Positions 28,771 through 44,345 of a DNA stretch of 64,000 nt are shown here, piece by piece. The notes under the pieces were generated by a model. The model saw only the letters and a program-made list of their open reading frames with translations. It was not told the origin of the DNA and searched no databases. The DNA comes from the human T2T-CHM13v2.0 reference genome, Homo sapiens. Numbering within the stretch: position 1 is the first letter of the stretch; each line of letters starts with the position of its first letter. The stretch lies in NCBI RefSeq assembly GCF_009914755.1, contig NC_060931.1, one strand, 5' to 3'. Position numbers and translations under genes: made by a program.

Positions 28771-30124
28771 TCCCCTTTGCATTTCACTGCTCTATGTATT
28801 CTCTTGGTGGTGATATGAGTTGAAGGGTGGGAGTAGGGGTGGAGAGCCCTCTCTAGACTGGAGCTATGAGTGCATAAGTGAAATCTCATTATTTCCATCT
28901 TTAAAAGAAGGAGTATTGGCGTGTGGTGTTTTTAGCCAGCCCTCCCTCCTTTCCTCTCATGCCCATCCACAGGCCATTGACTGGAAGGCACAACAGCTCC
29001 CAGCACAGCCCCTCCTCCTGCCGCTGGAGAGGTGTTGGGACTGGTGTGCTGGTTTCCAGGTGCAGGTCCTCCAGGCTGAGCCACAGCTCTCTGTAGAAGT
29101 AAGCATGAGACAGGCTGCTTCCATAAATCAAGCCCTGAATTTTATTACAGTGTTTATGTAACCTCAGTTTATGTGCTATAATTCTTTGCTGTGTTGCCTA
29201 GAGTAATTCCCAAAGAGGATGTTTGTTCTTTTTCCCTGGAAATTTTCTAGCATAGGCCTTTTGTTTTGACATTCTCCTTCCCCCCACCCTCTGCCTTTTT
29301 TGGGATGGCCTGGGGATGGGTATCACTAACAGTCAATTGCTTTTTACTGAGTAAATAATATAATCCAGCGTGTGTTAGATTCTGTTTGTACTAGATGTTA
29401 TTCCTACTCTTAAGTGGGAGAAAAAATCTCAAATTAATTTTTACATTTTCAAGATTATAGGGTGGTAGGGTTAATGTGTACTTAATTGATGAGTAAATGA
29501 AATATAAGTGAAAACAAATGCCTTTGCTATCCATGGGAGACCCGTTCCTTTTCATAGCCTCCGCCACCATCACAGATCTCATGTTGATAGAGTCAGATTG
29601 ACCGCTGAGAGAGAAAATACAGACTGGAAATTTTGGGTGATTTAGACTTTTAACTGAAGAAAATGTCAGGGTAAGATGACCAGATTCAACTGTATTCCAT
29701 GTAGACAACTATGTCAAGAGAGAAATGTTTTCTGGTTGGAAATGAAGACAATTTGACTTAACCGGAGCATGTTTTTAAAGAAACCCATAGCATGTTTTTT
29801 TTTTTTTTAACTTAGCTCTTTTTTTCGAACCTTATGTTTGGCCCTACAGAGAAATTAGGTGATGAGACTGGACCTACTGAAAGTGTTACCGGACCTATTC
29901 TGCTTGGACACGCTAGACTTGTGAACTGCTGACTGGTATATTTCAGTTAGTACAGTTAATGTTTTATCATCACTGCCATTAGAAGGTATTACATAGATGT
30001 GATCTTTTTCATTGTAGTTTAAAGAAGATAGTTAATCCTGGGGCAAAGTTTATGAAGGAAGTGTGTGAACAGAGCAATCTTTTTAGATTTACTTTAACTA
30101 CAAAACTGGATATTTGTTTTAAAG

Positions 30125-30867
<743 letters not shown>

Positions 30868-31070
30868 TAAAACCTTCAAAGTTATACGTTTAAAGGAATA
30901 TTCTATGCTTCCTGATAAAATATTAATAACCAAAATTAGCAACAATATATAGATGAAATTATTGCCTCAAGATTTATGAGGAAATATTGACTGGAATACT
31001 GTCTATTAAAATATTCCTCTTTACTTGTCAAGTCTACCTCTCAGTATCTTAAAGGAAAGTTCTCATCTAA

Positions 31071-31298
31071 TAGGGTGTAGAGGTTAAGAGCATGAACTCT
31101 AGGTTGGAATCCCAGCTTGGTTGTTTACTGTCTGTATAATAGGAAGTAAGTTATTTAGCTTCCCTGTGCATCAGCTTCCCTACATGTAAAATGGATACAC
31201 CTTAATATCTTCTTCATATTAAATAAAACAAAGTGTATAAAGCACATGCTAGGATTCGCACATACTACATAAGTACTATGTAAGTGCTAGCTATTATA
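31071..31298 (+). mobile_element. MIR SINE relic
   Basis: GGTTAAGAGCATGAACTCT...GAATCCCAGCT...TGTGCATCAGCTTCCCTACATGTAAAATGG. Confidence 0.85.
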
Positions 31299-32139
31299 GT
31301 GATAGATGTTATTGTTCTTATCTTGTTAAAATACGTACAACTTTTTGATAGATTATTCGAACCTGGACTCTATTCTCAAGCAAATGGAAGCTGTTGGCTT
31401 TCAGTAATTAGTCTGAATTTTGTTGAAACTCAGAAACAACTGGCAGTAATTAAAAATGGGAAAGTAAATGAGCAAAGAAGGGAGCTCATTTATTGGAACA
31501 TATGATGAGAACATTCCATAAAGTAAAACTTGTAGTAATTGTCGATTAAACCAATTTTCTACCTGATATAAATTCAGTAGTACTATATTTCTTTTTATCA
31601 TGTTTCTTTGTCACCAGGTATATTGGTCTGCAATTTTGAGTCTTTGGAAGTTATTTTTGTGTTTATTATGCTCTGATAAAGAGATGATGACCTCTTAATC
31701 TTGTGTCCAAGAGTGGTGGTGCTATATTGTCCTAGAATTGTTTGAATTTTAGAGCAATGTGTATGTGTGCATTTAAACCCAAGTTTAATAAGTCATTCCA
31801 TTGTGTTCTTAATAGGGCTAGATAACCTGAGAACCAGTTGGTTTTTTATTGTGCCGAATAAAATTTGTAATCTGGTTTAGACTCTGTACAGCACTGTAGG
31901 TATAACAAGTCTTTTATGCAGTTCGGGGGTGATCTGTGATATAAGTTTGTTATGGTGGAATTGATGTTTGTGATGGGATGTCTAGATGAAATTACCCCAT
32001 GGAATATAATCTTTTTTGAGTAGAGGATGGTATTTAAGAAATATGTCTTCAAAACTCTTATACAGGCCAGTACTGCCTCTTTAGATGTAAAAGTTTATAA
32101 TTTTAATTGCAGGACCTTCTTTTACTTGGCTTTTAAAAG

Positions 32140-32935
32140 TTATTCACTTAGTCAAAATTTATTGAACACCTATAGTATTCCAGGCAGAATGCTAACCCTC
32201 ACGGAGCTCACAGGGGATACACACTAAGGGATATATATTGTAGTACAGCACAGTGCTGTATTAAATAGCAATTGCAGAGACACTTTCCCTATTTTTTATG
32301 TTTTTACTGCCACTTTGCCTTTATAACATGAGGTGATTTTAGCATAGAGCTGAACCAAATGTTGGGATATTAAAAAGCTGAAGCAAAGTTCATAAAGAGC
32401 ATGACTTGGGCTTGGACTTTGCATTTTACAAGGTGTGCAGTGTGAGCTTACAGAGGCTTTGACAGCAGGGAGTGAGTGGAGCGTTGGGCTTTGTTATTTG
32501 GAGAGATCACTCTTAGTATTGGTATTGGGACATAGATGGTATAATAACAAGGAGAGACTGTAAGAAACTTTGCAGTATCTAATCAAGATATGGGGAGAAA
32601 CTTACACTAAAGAGTGTGTGCTAGGTGAAGAAGAGGTAGGATTTTAAGGAAATTCTCCAAGTTTTAAGTGCAGAAGTGTGGGAGGAAAAAATGTAAGATG
32701 ATGATGGTTCTGGCTTGATTTTCCAGAGTAGAGTAGAGTAGCCTTCAAGATTTGATACAACGCTTGACATAGGACATCTTAAAGGGGAGCTCTTAGACTT
32801 CAAGGAGAATATGGTAAATATTAAGTACACTATTGGGAGCATGGGTCTGCTGTATGGGAGAGTGTCTTGGCTAGAGGCTTACTTGAGGTAGTCATGATCT
32901 AAAGGTGATAGCTGAAGGCATGGGAGGTAGATGGT
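32140..32935 (-). mobile_element. L2 LINE fragment
   Basis: TTCACTTAGTCAAAATTTATTGAACACCTA...CCCTCACGGAGCTCACA...GAGAGATCACTCT. Confidence 0.65.
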
Positions 32936-32949
32936 ATAAAATAATAAGC

Positions 32950-33465
32950 CTCTCCACTGTGCTTCTGGGGGATTTCCAAACACCTTAGCATGCCTTACAA
33001 GGCCCTTTAGGGTTTTTTTCTGTACTTTGTTAGTCTCCTTTACAAAAGTTAATGCTGTTCTCTCTCATGCAACATGCATTCCTCGTGTCTCCAGCTGTTT
33101 GCTGTTCTCCTCACTTCCCGGGCTCTTCTGTATCTCCATTACATCACACATGCTGTTTCCTGTGTTTGCAAGGCATGGCTCCTCTTTGTCCCCTTAACAA
33201 GCTCTGGATTTTTCTTTAACACCCAGTTCCTGAACCTCCATGGCCCAGCTAATAGCTCCATCCTTGAACCCATAAGATTTTGTACATATTTCTATTAGTA
33301 CTTATATCTCACTTAGAGTAATTATCACTTGCCTTTCACTCATTCTGTATAGACTGTGAACTCCTAAAGGAAAGAGAAGTAACTTTAGTCATTTTTACAT
33401 CCCCAACCTCAAAATGGCACTTGGCAAATAGATGCTCAGAGAATGTGTTTTGATTGAATTAATTC
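32950..33465 (+). mobile_element. L2 LINE 3' fragment
   Basis: CCTTAGCATGCCTTACAAGGCCC...TAGACTGTGAACTCCT...ATGCTCAGAGAATGTGTTTTGATTGAAT. Confidence 0.7.
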
Positions 33466-33836
33466 ATTTGTGTGTGAGCTGCAGGTGTCACATTAGTGGC
33501 TTTTGGATGTGTCCAGAAGTATACCTATTATACGTTGAAATTTTGCAAATCATCATATTTGCAAAGGTTAAATGTAAACAGGAGAAAGGTGAGACCTGAG
33601 GTCCTTGTCAAAACTGTTTTTCTTACTGTAATATCAATGTGTATTGTTTGTGGAAAAGTTGATTGATAAATAAAAGAAGAAAATTTAAAATATCCATAGT
33701 CTGACCACCCAGTGATATCTTGGCTTAAATTGTACGTACCCAAAATAGCAAAAATAGGATCTATCTGTGTATATTGTCCTTGACTTTTTTAAAAAACTTA
33801 CTATCTGTGCATCATTAAATATTAGTAAGTAGTCAT

Positions 33837-33956
33837 GTTTTGTGGGGTTTTCTTTTAGTTTGAGATGAGGCTGGTCTTGAACTCCTGGGTTCAAGCAGTG
33901 TTCCTGTCTCAGCCTCCAGGTAGCTGGGACTATAGGTACACACCACCACCATCCTC
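33837..33956 (-). mobile_element. Alu monomer (FLAM_A/FAM-like)
   Basis: GCTGGTCTTGAACTCCTGGGTTCAAGC...GTAGCTGGGACTATAGG; TSD AGTAGTCAT at 33828-33836 and 33957-33965. Confidence 0.85.
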
Positions 33957-34144
33957 AGTAGTCATTTTTGAGTGGGCTAGTTAAATAGACGACACTCCCA
34001 TCATGCATTATTTAACCAGTTCCTTGCTGTTGGACTTATAGGCTGACTTATAGGCTGTTTCAAATTTTTAATTTATATAGTCACATTTCAATGAACAATC
34101 CAGTAGTGTTGTCATATTCATTTTTATTTAGAATACTTCGGTGA

Positions 34145-34479
<335 letters not shown>

Positions 34480-34583
34480 AGTCTCTTGGAAAAGTCTTAA
34501 CAATTTTTATTATCACCAACTGAATTCTTCTCATCATATTTTTAGGTTTTAAATTGTCTGGAACTTAAAAATATATGAAGATA

Positions 34584-34715
34584 GGCCAGCCACAGTGGTT
34601 CATATCTGTAATCCCAGCACTTTGAGAGGCTGAGGCAGGAGGATCACTTGAAGCCAGGAGGTTGAGACTAGCCTGGGCAGCATAGCAAGACCCTGTGTCT
34701 ACAAAACCCAACAAA
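34584..34715 (+). mobile_element. Alu left monomer (FLAM_C-like) followed by (GT)n
   Basis: GGAGGATCACTTGAAGCCAGGAGGTTGAGACTAGCCTGGGCAGCATAGCAAGACCC. Confidence 0.9.
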
Positions 34716-34936
34716 CGTGTGTGTTTGTGTGTGTGTATGTGTGTAAAACATATATATGAAGATATGATATATGAAGATACATTACGAAGATAATTCAAAT
34801 ATATATATGAAGATACATAGGAAGATAATTTAGCTTGCTGCAACAGAAATTCCAAATTTAGGGCTAAAGAAATTATCAAACTGAAGCCTTTTTGTAAATT
34901 TAAGTAGTTTTGTTGATTTTAGAAGTAGACTTTTCT

Positions 34937-35292
<356 letters not shown>

Positions 35293-35575
35293 TCATGGTC
35301 TTGGGGATCAGGGTCCTCTTGGCATGGAGTGGGTGGTGACGTGAAGGTGAGCCCTCCAGTTCCAGCTCTGTTATTAGCCTTCTTGTGCCTCTTGTGTGGC
35401 TGTTTCCCAGCTCCAACCCAAAGTTTTATTAGGATAAAGTCTTGGATTTAGGCATATGGATATTAAATATCAGTAGCTGAATTTGGGGTTTGAAATAATT
35501 GCTGCTTACTTCTAACTTCCCCATCCCACTCCAGATTCTTTTTGCCATCCCTATCTACATTAAATAGCTAATTGA

Positions 35576-35876
<301 letters not shown>

Positions 35877-36297
35877 TATTATTCATAAAATGAGAAGAAG
35901 CTCCTCCGCCTTCCCCTGCCAAGGGGATGAGCAAATGTGTGTTACAGCTCACTTTGAAGAGCTGTCCAGGCTTTTGAGTGAAATGCAGAATTTTTACCTC
36001 TTGCTTAGTAATTTGCTCATTTTTCAGACTACTTTGCACAGATTTAATGATTAAGGAAACAGGATAGGCAAAGGTGCCAGCGTTTGATATTATCTTAAGG
36101 CCTAAACTGACCTTACGGTGATGAAATGAACTTTTTGAGTGCGTTTGTCTCCTGAATAAATCTGTAACAGTTTTCTTAACTGACTCCCTCTGTCTCTCAG
36201 CATCAGAAAGAAATGAGAGAACATTAAGCCACAGAAAGCAAATAATGGTCAAAATAAAGATACTCTTTTGCTGGCAAACTTAAAAATTCACTTGTGG

Positions 36298-36607
<310 letters not shown>

Positions 36608-37159
36608 CTAATAGCTGTAGGCAAGGGATATTTATTGAAACCAAGATTTAAGTGTGGTTTATGATGTTTATGGAGTAGTTTAATACTACTTTTCTTCAAA
36701 ATGAGTTTTTAATTTAGGAAAAAGAATTCAGATATGTTCCCAGAGTAGAGATGACTGACCATCATGGGAGTGGTTAGGGTTTGGGGTTTGTGTGGGTAAG
36801 ATTCTGTTTACCCACTACAGCCATTGTGTGGATTTAAAAGCTTTCCTGGATGGAATTTATGGAGTGAAATTTGAAACTAGTGTCCTGTGTACTACAATAT
36901 ATGGTCACAACAAGCAATCAATTTAGAAAGAAATGGAACGGAGAAGATACAGGTTAAATGATGAGTATTGTGCAGTGCAGCAAGACATAGAGTGATCTTA
37001 ACAGTAATGTGGTATGTCACCATCTGAGTTCTGTTATAAAGCTCCTAGGCAATGACTAAATCCTAGAAATCATTGCCTACTTTCAGTGGCAGACAGAGTA
37101 TAATCCATTCATGATAGGGGGTTCCAGGTACATTGATATAGAAGACTGGCCAAGGGGGA

Positions 37160-37345
37160 ATGACAGGGGTTACAGCTAACATTTCCTAGGTAATTGGTTC
37201 TAATTTCCAGGCTCCAAGCAAGATACTGTATCTCTTTTACCCTGTTTAATCCTCCCCAGCACCCAGTGAGGTACAGATGGTATTGTATCCATTTTAGAAT
37301 TGAGATGACTGAAGCTTAGAGAGATTTTCCCAGTCATATATATTC
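37160..37345 (-). mobile_element. MIR relic, followed by a possible MER91-like hAT fragment (about 37345-37485)
   Basis: TTTAATCCTCCCCAGCACCCAGTGAGGTA...CCATTTTAGAATTGAGATGACTGAAGCTTAGAGAG; then GCTGTACAGGTTGTTCACTGCA. Confidence 0.65.
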
Positions 37346-38407
37346 ACGGTTCCTGGATACAGCTGTACAGGTTGTTCACTGCATGAAGGTGGCTGGCTGA
37401 GGTAGCAGGCAAAGGATTTGTTTGCTCAGCAGAGGCAGCATTTTCTAATTTGCACTAAAACCTGTGTAGGCCAACTGTAGCCCTACTCATAAAGTTGGTT
37501 AATGCCTGAACTGGGAGTAGAGGTGAGGCAGTGTTGAAGTGGATAGGTAGATTCTGAGAAGCTTATACTATACCTACTGAAGTCCTAATCTGTAGGCTGT
37601 CTGCAAACTGGTTTGTTTTGCTACCATCCTATCCCAGCATTTCCTCAAAGATCCCACAGTGACTTCTTTATTGTGGATCTGATGGTCTTTGGCAGCTATA
37701 CAGACATTCTTAGAGTCACAGCCAGGATTAAAGTCTAGGATGCTTGTCTTCAAGTCATGCATGCTTTCTGTATGAGATAATATACAAAAAGATGGTCAAG
37801 AAAAGTGATTTTGAGATAAATAGTGGCCTAGAATAGCTAGACTGAGATTGTTCAAGCACAGCTATTAATTTGCTTACTTGCTCAGCACTCAGGCTGTGCT
37901 ATTTGCTTCAAGGGATATAAAGATTGCTGCTTTCTAGAAAATTATAACTCAATTAGGGAAACCAAATCAATATATATTTCATAATATAAAATAAGAGAAA
38001 TTACAGATAACAATAAATAATAGCCAAAATACCTTTCTTAACTAGGCATGTCTATGTTTCTTTACCTTGCTTTAGTGCTCTTAGATGTCCCATTCCAGCC
38101 TTTGAGTTGGAGTGGGGAAGGTGTTCCTTATTAAAGAAGCATCTACTACAAAAAATCTAAAACCAGATCTGAGGCCCATACTAGACCCTTCTATTAGTGG
38201 TAATTTTAAAAAAGAATTTTCCATCTAAATTTAATAGCTTTCTTCTGTAGCTACCCTACCCTATCCCTGGGCCAGGCACCAAAGTGAATAATAATGTGCT
38301 ATAAAATCCAAACCAAAATAGTACATCTTCTTTGGCATTTGAAATTTCAGTGTTTTTTGCGTGTAGCTACAAATGTCTTCCATTGTGGCAACCACTGTTT
38401 TGGGTGG

Positions 38408-38708
38408 TTTTTTTTTTTTGGAGACAGGATCTCACTCTGTTTCCCAGGCTGGAGTGAAGTGATGAGATCATGGCTCACTGAAGCCTTGCCCTCCAGGGCT
38501 AAAGTAATCCTTCCACCTCATCCTCTTGAACAACTTGGACTACAGGCATGCACCACCACAGTCAGCTAGTTTATTATTTTTATTTTTGTAAAGACAGGGT
38601 CTCTACTATGTTGCCCAGGCTGGTCTCGAACTGGGCTCAAGAGGTCCTCCTGTCTTGGCCTCCCAAAGTGCTGTGGGATTACTGGTGTGAGTGAACCACC
38701 ACAGTCAG
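38408..38708 (-). mobile_element. AluJ
   Basis: GATCATGGCTCACTGAAGCCTTG; CTATGTTGCCCAGGCTGGTCTCGAAC. Confidence 0.93.
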
Positions 38709-38894
38709 TTTTGGGGTTCTTTTGAATAATCAGAAGCTGAAATCAGAAGCCAAAAATAGCAAAATGGGAATTCTGTGTGCTTTTGTGATATGATTATATT
38801 TGTGTTCCCAGCCTCCAAAGAAAGCAAATGTAATTTATATGGTACTCAATAAACTATGGCAGTCAAGAAAACCAAAAGAAAAACCTTTTTCCAC

Positions 38895-39093
38895 TTGGCA
38901 CTGTCCAATAGAGCTTTCTGTGCTGATGAAAATGTCTTCTATGTGCACTATTCAATTCGGTAGCTACTAGCCACATATGCATTTGATATGTGGCTAGTGT
39001 GATCCTAAGGAACTGAATTTTGAGTTTTACTTTCATAAATTTAAATTTGCATAGCCATGTGTAGCCAGTGGCTACCATACTGGGTAGCACAGG
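38895..39093 (+). mobile_element. MER3 hAT-Charlie MITE
   Basis: GCACTGTCCAATAGAGCTTTCTGTGCTGATGAAAATGT...AGGAACTGAATTTT...GTGGCTACCATACTGGGTAGCACAG. Confidence 0.9.
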
Positions 39094-40015
39094 CATGCCA
39101 CATGCTGTTTCTCTCTTAAGTTGGCACCTTTAATTTCTGTTTTAAAATTCATGTCTCCTTTACTTGTCCCCTTCTATCTTCTCTTTCTCACTCACTCCCT
39201 TCCTTTTTCTCTTTGCTTTTTATTTCTCCTTGCTTCTTTGCTTTCCTGTTTTTTCTCAACCTTCTGTGATACTACTAGGCTGACCGTAACCCCATTAATT
39301 ATAATTATTTATTATGGTCTTTCACCTAGTTAGACTTGCCTGCCTGTGTTCTCCTTCTGTCCCCAAAGATGGGGGCATTCGCGGATATGCAGTGTTTACC
39401 AAAAGCTCCTGATATACTGGTTACTTAATAAAAACAAACAAAAAAATAAATGGGATTTTTCTGACAAGATGGTTTTGGTGAACCTATGCTGATTCCTGAG
39501 ATCACGGCTTCTTTTTCTAAATACACAAAAAAACTGCTTTGGTAAATCATTCTAGAATTTTGCACAGAATGAATCAAAATCAGTGGTATTACATAATCCT
39601 AGGCTCCATAGTTCTGATTTCCAGAACTATTGACTAATAGTAATCAAAACACTGGAATACTTCACTGGAAGACTTCTCTGTCCTTACTTTTCAGTAGGGG
39701 GTTTAATCTAACTCCTCTCCAGTCTTTCTTCTAGAGGAACTCTGTAATTCCAATCTCACTATTTTGGTCTTCCCTTCTCCTCCTCCTTATCTCTTCCCCC
39801 TTTCTGCTTTTCCTTCTCCTCCTTCTCCTGATATAACTTACTTCCTTTCTGAGAATGCCACTTGTCTCTTTCTAACTTTAGGTACTTTTGCCTACTTCTT
39901 TCCTTCTACTTTAATTCACATAGAAGTACCGTGAGACTATGTAAACACATCTACTTTAAGTTAAACATTTCCTCTATTCAGAGTCATGCCTTTTTATATT
40001 TAAAAAAAAATTCTA

Positions 40016-40308
<293 letters not shown>

Positions 40309-40711
40309 TTCTATATTTGATTTCAAGCCTCAAATAACTTAAGTAATAATGACTACCCATCTGTAAGAGTCCTTGCTTTGTGATACTGTTACACTCTGTT
40401 GTATTGAGAATGCTCTAAGTCATATGTTACCAACATGCTGTGGACCTTTAGCTTTTCCCAGTTTCCAGACAGAAGCAGTGGTCAGTCACTTAACTGCACT
40501 AGACAGAAAAGCAGTTTTTCCCTTCTGAAGGTTAAACAGGTTTTTACACCACTGGAGATTTTTAAGGTGGGTATGGGTATTAAGGTGGGTATTGTTAGTC
40601 TTTTCCCTCTAAGTTTCCCCAATGTCCAAAGAATTAACAAAATTTTAAGGGTTCTGATTTATATGGTAACACAGTCTGTTAGTCAGATGTACCAAGTTTC
40701 TTCCTATCTAA

Positions 40712-41145
<434 letters not shown>

Positions 41146-41299
41146 TAGAGTCTTTGCAATTTTTACTTTTATAGCCTAAAGTGGCGCTTTGCATGCCTAG
41201 ATGTATCTTCAGCCTTTATACTTTAATCATTCTGAGGGGGGTTTTCTGTGTCCCTCCTTCATCACCTTCACCCTGTTTACTCCCTCCATATCATTCATT

Positions 41300-41435
41300 C
41301 CTCAATACTTATTTCCATGTTTCCCTGTCTCCACCACTGGGATGTAAGGATTTCTTATCACTTGTTCTGTGCAGTTAATCTCAGTGCTCGGGCTCACAGC
41401 TGGGAGCTGATAAGTGCTCAATGAATTCAAGTGTT
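41300..41435 (+). mobile_element. L2 3' end relic
   Basis: CTGTCTCCACCACTGGGATGTAAG...TCTCAGTGCTC...AAGTGCTCAATGAAT. Confidence 0.6.
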
Positions 41436-43714
41436 TAGAAGAATGTTAGTGCAGAGTAGAGATTGGGCAGGCAGTGTTAGTAGGTTAGTAATTATTACTA
41501 GAACCAGGTAGAGTTTCTACAACCTGCATTGAGGCCCTGAGCATGAAGAATGGAGTGTTAAAATGAGCCTTTCAAAGGCAGGATTGGCAACTGTGTGAGG
41601 TGACACCACTAGAGACATGGTTTGGACAGCGCTTCCGAAGATGGAATACCAGATAAAGATCAGTGTGGATGGTGGAGTCCTTAACTGATTCAGTTTAAGA
41701 TATTTGATTTTGATGCATTTGGGAATAGGGTGCTCTTGCTGAGAATAGGGGTTAGGGCTCAATTTACAAACCTTTCTGTTCCTACATTCTAGGTTCCTAT
41801 GATTATAATGATTCTTGCTGATAATATTTTCTCCCAGCATTATTTCTTATATATAATACGTGACTATAAAGGCTCGTTCCTGTTTCAAATGCCTTTGCAC
41901 ATGCATGATTTGGATTTTTTTCCAGCCAGGTCTCAGGGGCCATGTTTTTAAAGTCTGCTGCTCTTTGGGCTGATATTGTGGCTTCTTGAATCGCATACAA
42001 AGCAGGTTTCTTGAAATCTGCTCATCTACCATAGTTTACCAGTTATCTGTATCCTTGCGGCTCTGCTTGAACTGAAGCTTAATCTTGTTCTTTGTAGGGC
42101 CCAGCTATTTTTGCTTGTCATTCTATCACATGCCGTTTACCAGGAAACATTCAAATAATGATTAATGATGCCAAAACTTTAAACATGGAGGAAGCTGGTA
42201 ATACCAGCTCCGCTGTGGAGATTTTCAGGAGCATCAATGCCGGCTGACCGGACTGGTATTTGAGTCTCGGATAATGGAGTAGTAGGTCTCAAAAAGTTAC
42301 ACTTTTCTGGGTAATTGTCAGCTTCCCAGAGTACTGTTAAATTCTGTCCCTCAAAAATGATGAAATTGCAAAGGAATGGTCACTGTTACAGGTATTCTAT
42401 CTTCATTATCTGATTTAATCCTCAAAAAAATAATTGATGTGGAATAAGTTTTTTCATTCCCATTTTAATGCTAGAAAATTGAAGCACAAAATCTACCCAC
42501 CAAATTGTGGACTGTGTTTTCTGTATCTCTTATCAAAGCTCTCCAGGGTCCCTAGACCCTCTGTTGTCCCTCTGTTCTAGCCTTTCAGATTGGCTTCTTT
42601 CACTTAGTTATTATACATAAAATGCCATGTTATAAAATGCCTCAGTCAGGATAATGGGGAAAGTGTTCTTGGGAGACAGTGCACATAAAGACCTTACAGT
42701 GCTGGGTGCTCAAAATGTTACCATCACTTTTATTGTTAGCCTCTTCCCTCTTAAGTTTCCCCAGTGTTTAGGAAATTAGCAAAACTTTAAGGGTTCTCAT
42801 GGTAAGACAGTGATACGACTATTATGTATATGGTAAGGGGGTGATATATCTATCATGGTAAGTAACAGGACATTGAAAAGACAGTCATGGGAATAAAGCT
42901 AAGTAAACACATGTTTCATTGGAATAGCTTCTATTAGTGACAATACCTCCTATATTTTGGACTAATTCCCAGATGAAAGATTTTGCTGAAACTAGGCATT
43001 AATGAAACTAAGCCATTCAGTACAGTGTGATTTTCTTTTTTTATCTTGTGATTTGAGAAGTATATTCTAAAAACCCAGTAATTCAGCCAGGCTGGACATT
43101 CAGTTAAATATCAGTGGAGCCAGCTGTGTAAGGACTTATTGGCTTTGTCCTATACATGTGGTATGTCTGGAGTTTTGGAAACAATTCATGGCCTCCTTTT
43201 ATCGGTTGAGTAGCATTGAGGCCTCATAAAAAATAGTAACTTGATTCTAAGGTAAATTTCCCTGGAAAGTATGAAATGGGAAAGTTAGGTTTCCATGTAC
43301 CCCCCCGCTACGCATAGCATTATTTCAATTCCAAGAGGCATTTGTAGTCAATTTCTATGATGATTGGAAAGGAGCTTAAAAAATTCTTACAATCTCTTTA
43401 AAAACTTTTGAAGCAGAGGAGAAAAAATTGGTAATTTGTTTTTCAGGAAGAAACATACCTGGATTTATCTATTGCTACATGTAGGTTTTTTTTTTTTTTA
43501 ACTAACTAGAATCACAGCATCTTTTTCTTTTTAAACTAACTTGAATCACAAAATCTTATGTCATACTTCATGTCTTTCCTTATTAAGGATAATTAGTTTA
43601 TGGAGGATTCAGTTATGATGGTGATATTATTAGAGACTTATCTGAATGAAATCAGAAAAGTGTATCCCGTTTTATGTAGAAGATTTTTACATAAAATATT
43701 TACACACACACATA

Positions 43715-44345
43715 CACTTCATTTTTTAGAGCAGTTTTAGGTTTAACAGCAAAACTGAGCAAAAAGTGCAGAATCCTCCCTACCCCCACCATACCCCTCA
43801 CCCTAGCATCCCTGACTATAAGCTTCAAGACTGCACCAGTATGGTACAGTTGCTACAGTTGATTAACTGGTATTGGCAAAACATAATCACCCATCTTACA
43901 TAGTTTACATTAGAGTTAACTTTTGGATTTGTACATTCTGTGAGCTTTCACAAATATAAAACGGCATGTACTCACCATTATGGTATCACACAAAATAGTT
44001 TCATTGCCCTAAAAATCCTTTGTGCTCTACCTATTCATCCCCCTACCAAAACCCTGATCTTTTTACTTTTTCCATAGTTTCGCCTTCGCAAGAATGTCAT
44101 ACAGTTGGAATCATACTATATATATGTAGCCTTTCAGATTGGCTTCTTTCACTTAGTTATTATACATTTAAGGTCCTCCGTGTCTTTTAATGGCTTAATA
44201 GCTCATTTCTTCTTAGCACTGAGTAGTACATTGCCTGGATGTTCCACAGTTTATTTTTCCATTCACCTAATCTTGGTTGCTTCCAAGTTTTGTCAATTAT
44301 GGGAAAAAGCTACTGTAAACATTTATGCGCAGATTTCTGTGTGGA
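43715..44345 (-). mobile_element. L1MC 3' fragment (L1MC1/2-like)
   Basis: TTTTAGAGCAGTTTTAGGTT...CATAGTTTACATTAGAGT...AGAATGTCATACAGTTGGAATCATAC...GGTTGCTTCCAAGTTTTG. Confidence 0.9.

Noticed and set aside
33542-33565. Inverted repeat TTTGCAAAT-catcat-ATTTGCAAA
   Set aside because: 9-bp AT-rich arms are expected by chance in 64 kb; no other support.
34033-34056. 12-bp perfect tandem duplication GACTTATAGGCT
   Set aside because: Ordinary slippage indel, apparently inside a decayed L1M fragment.
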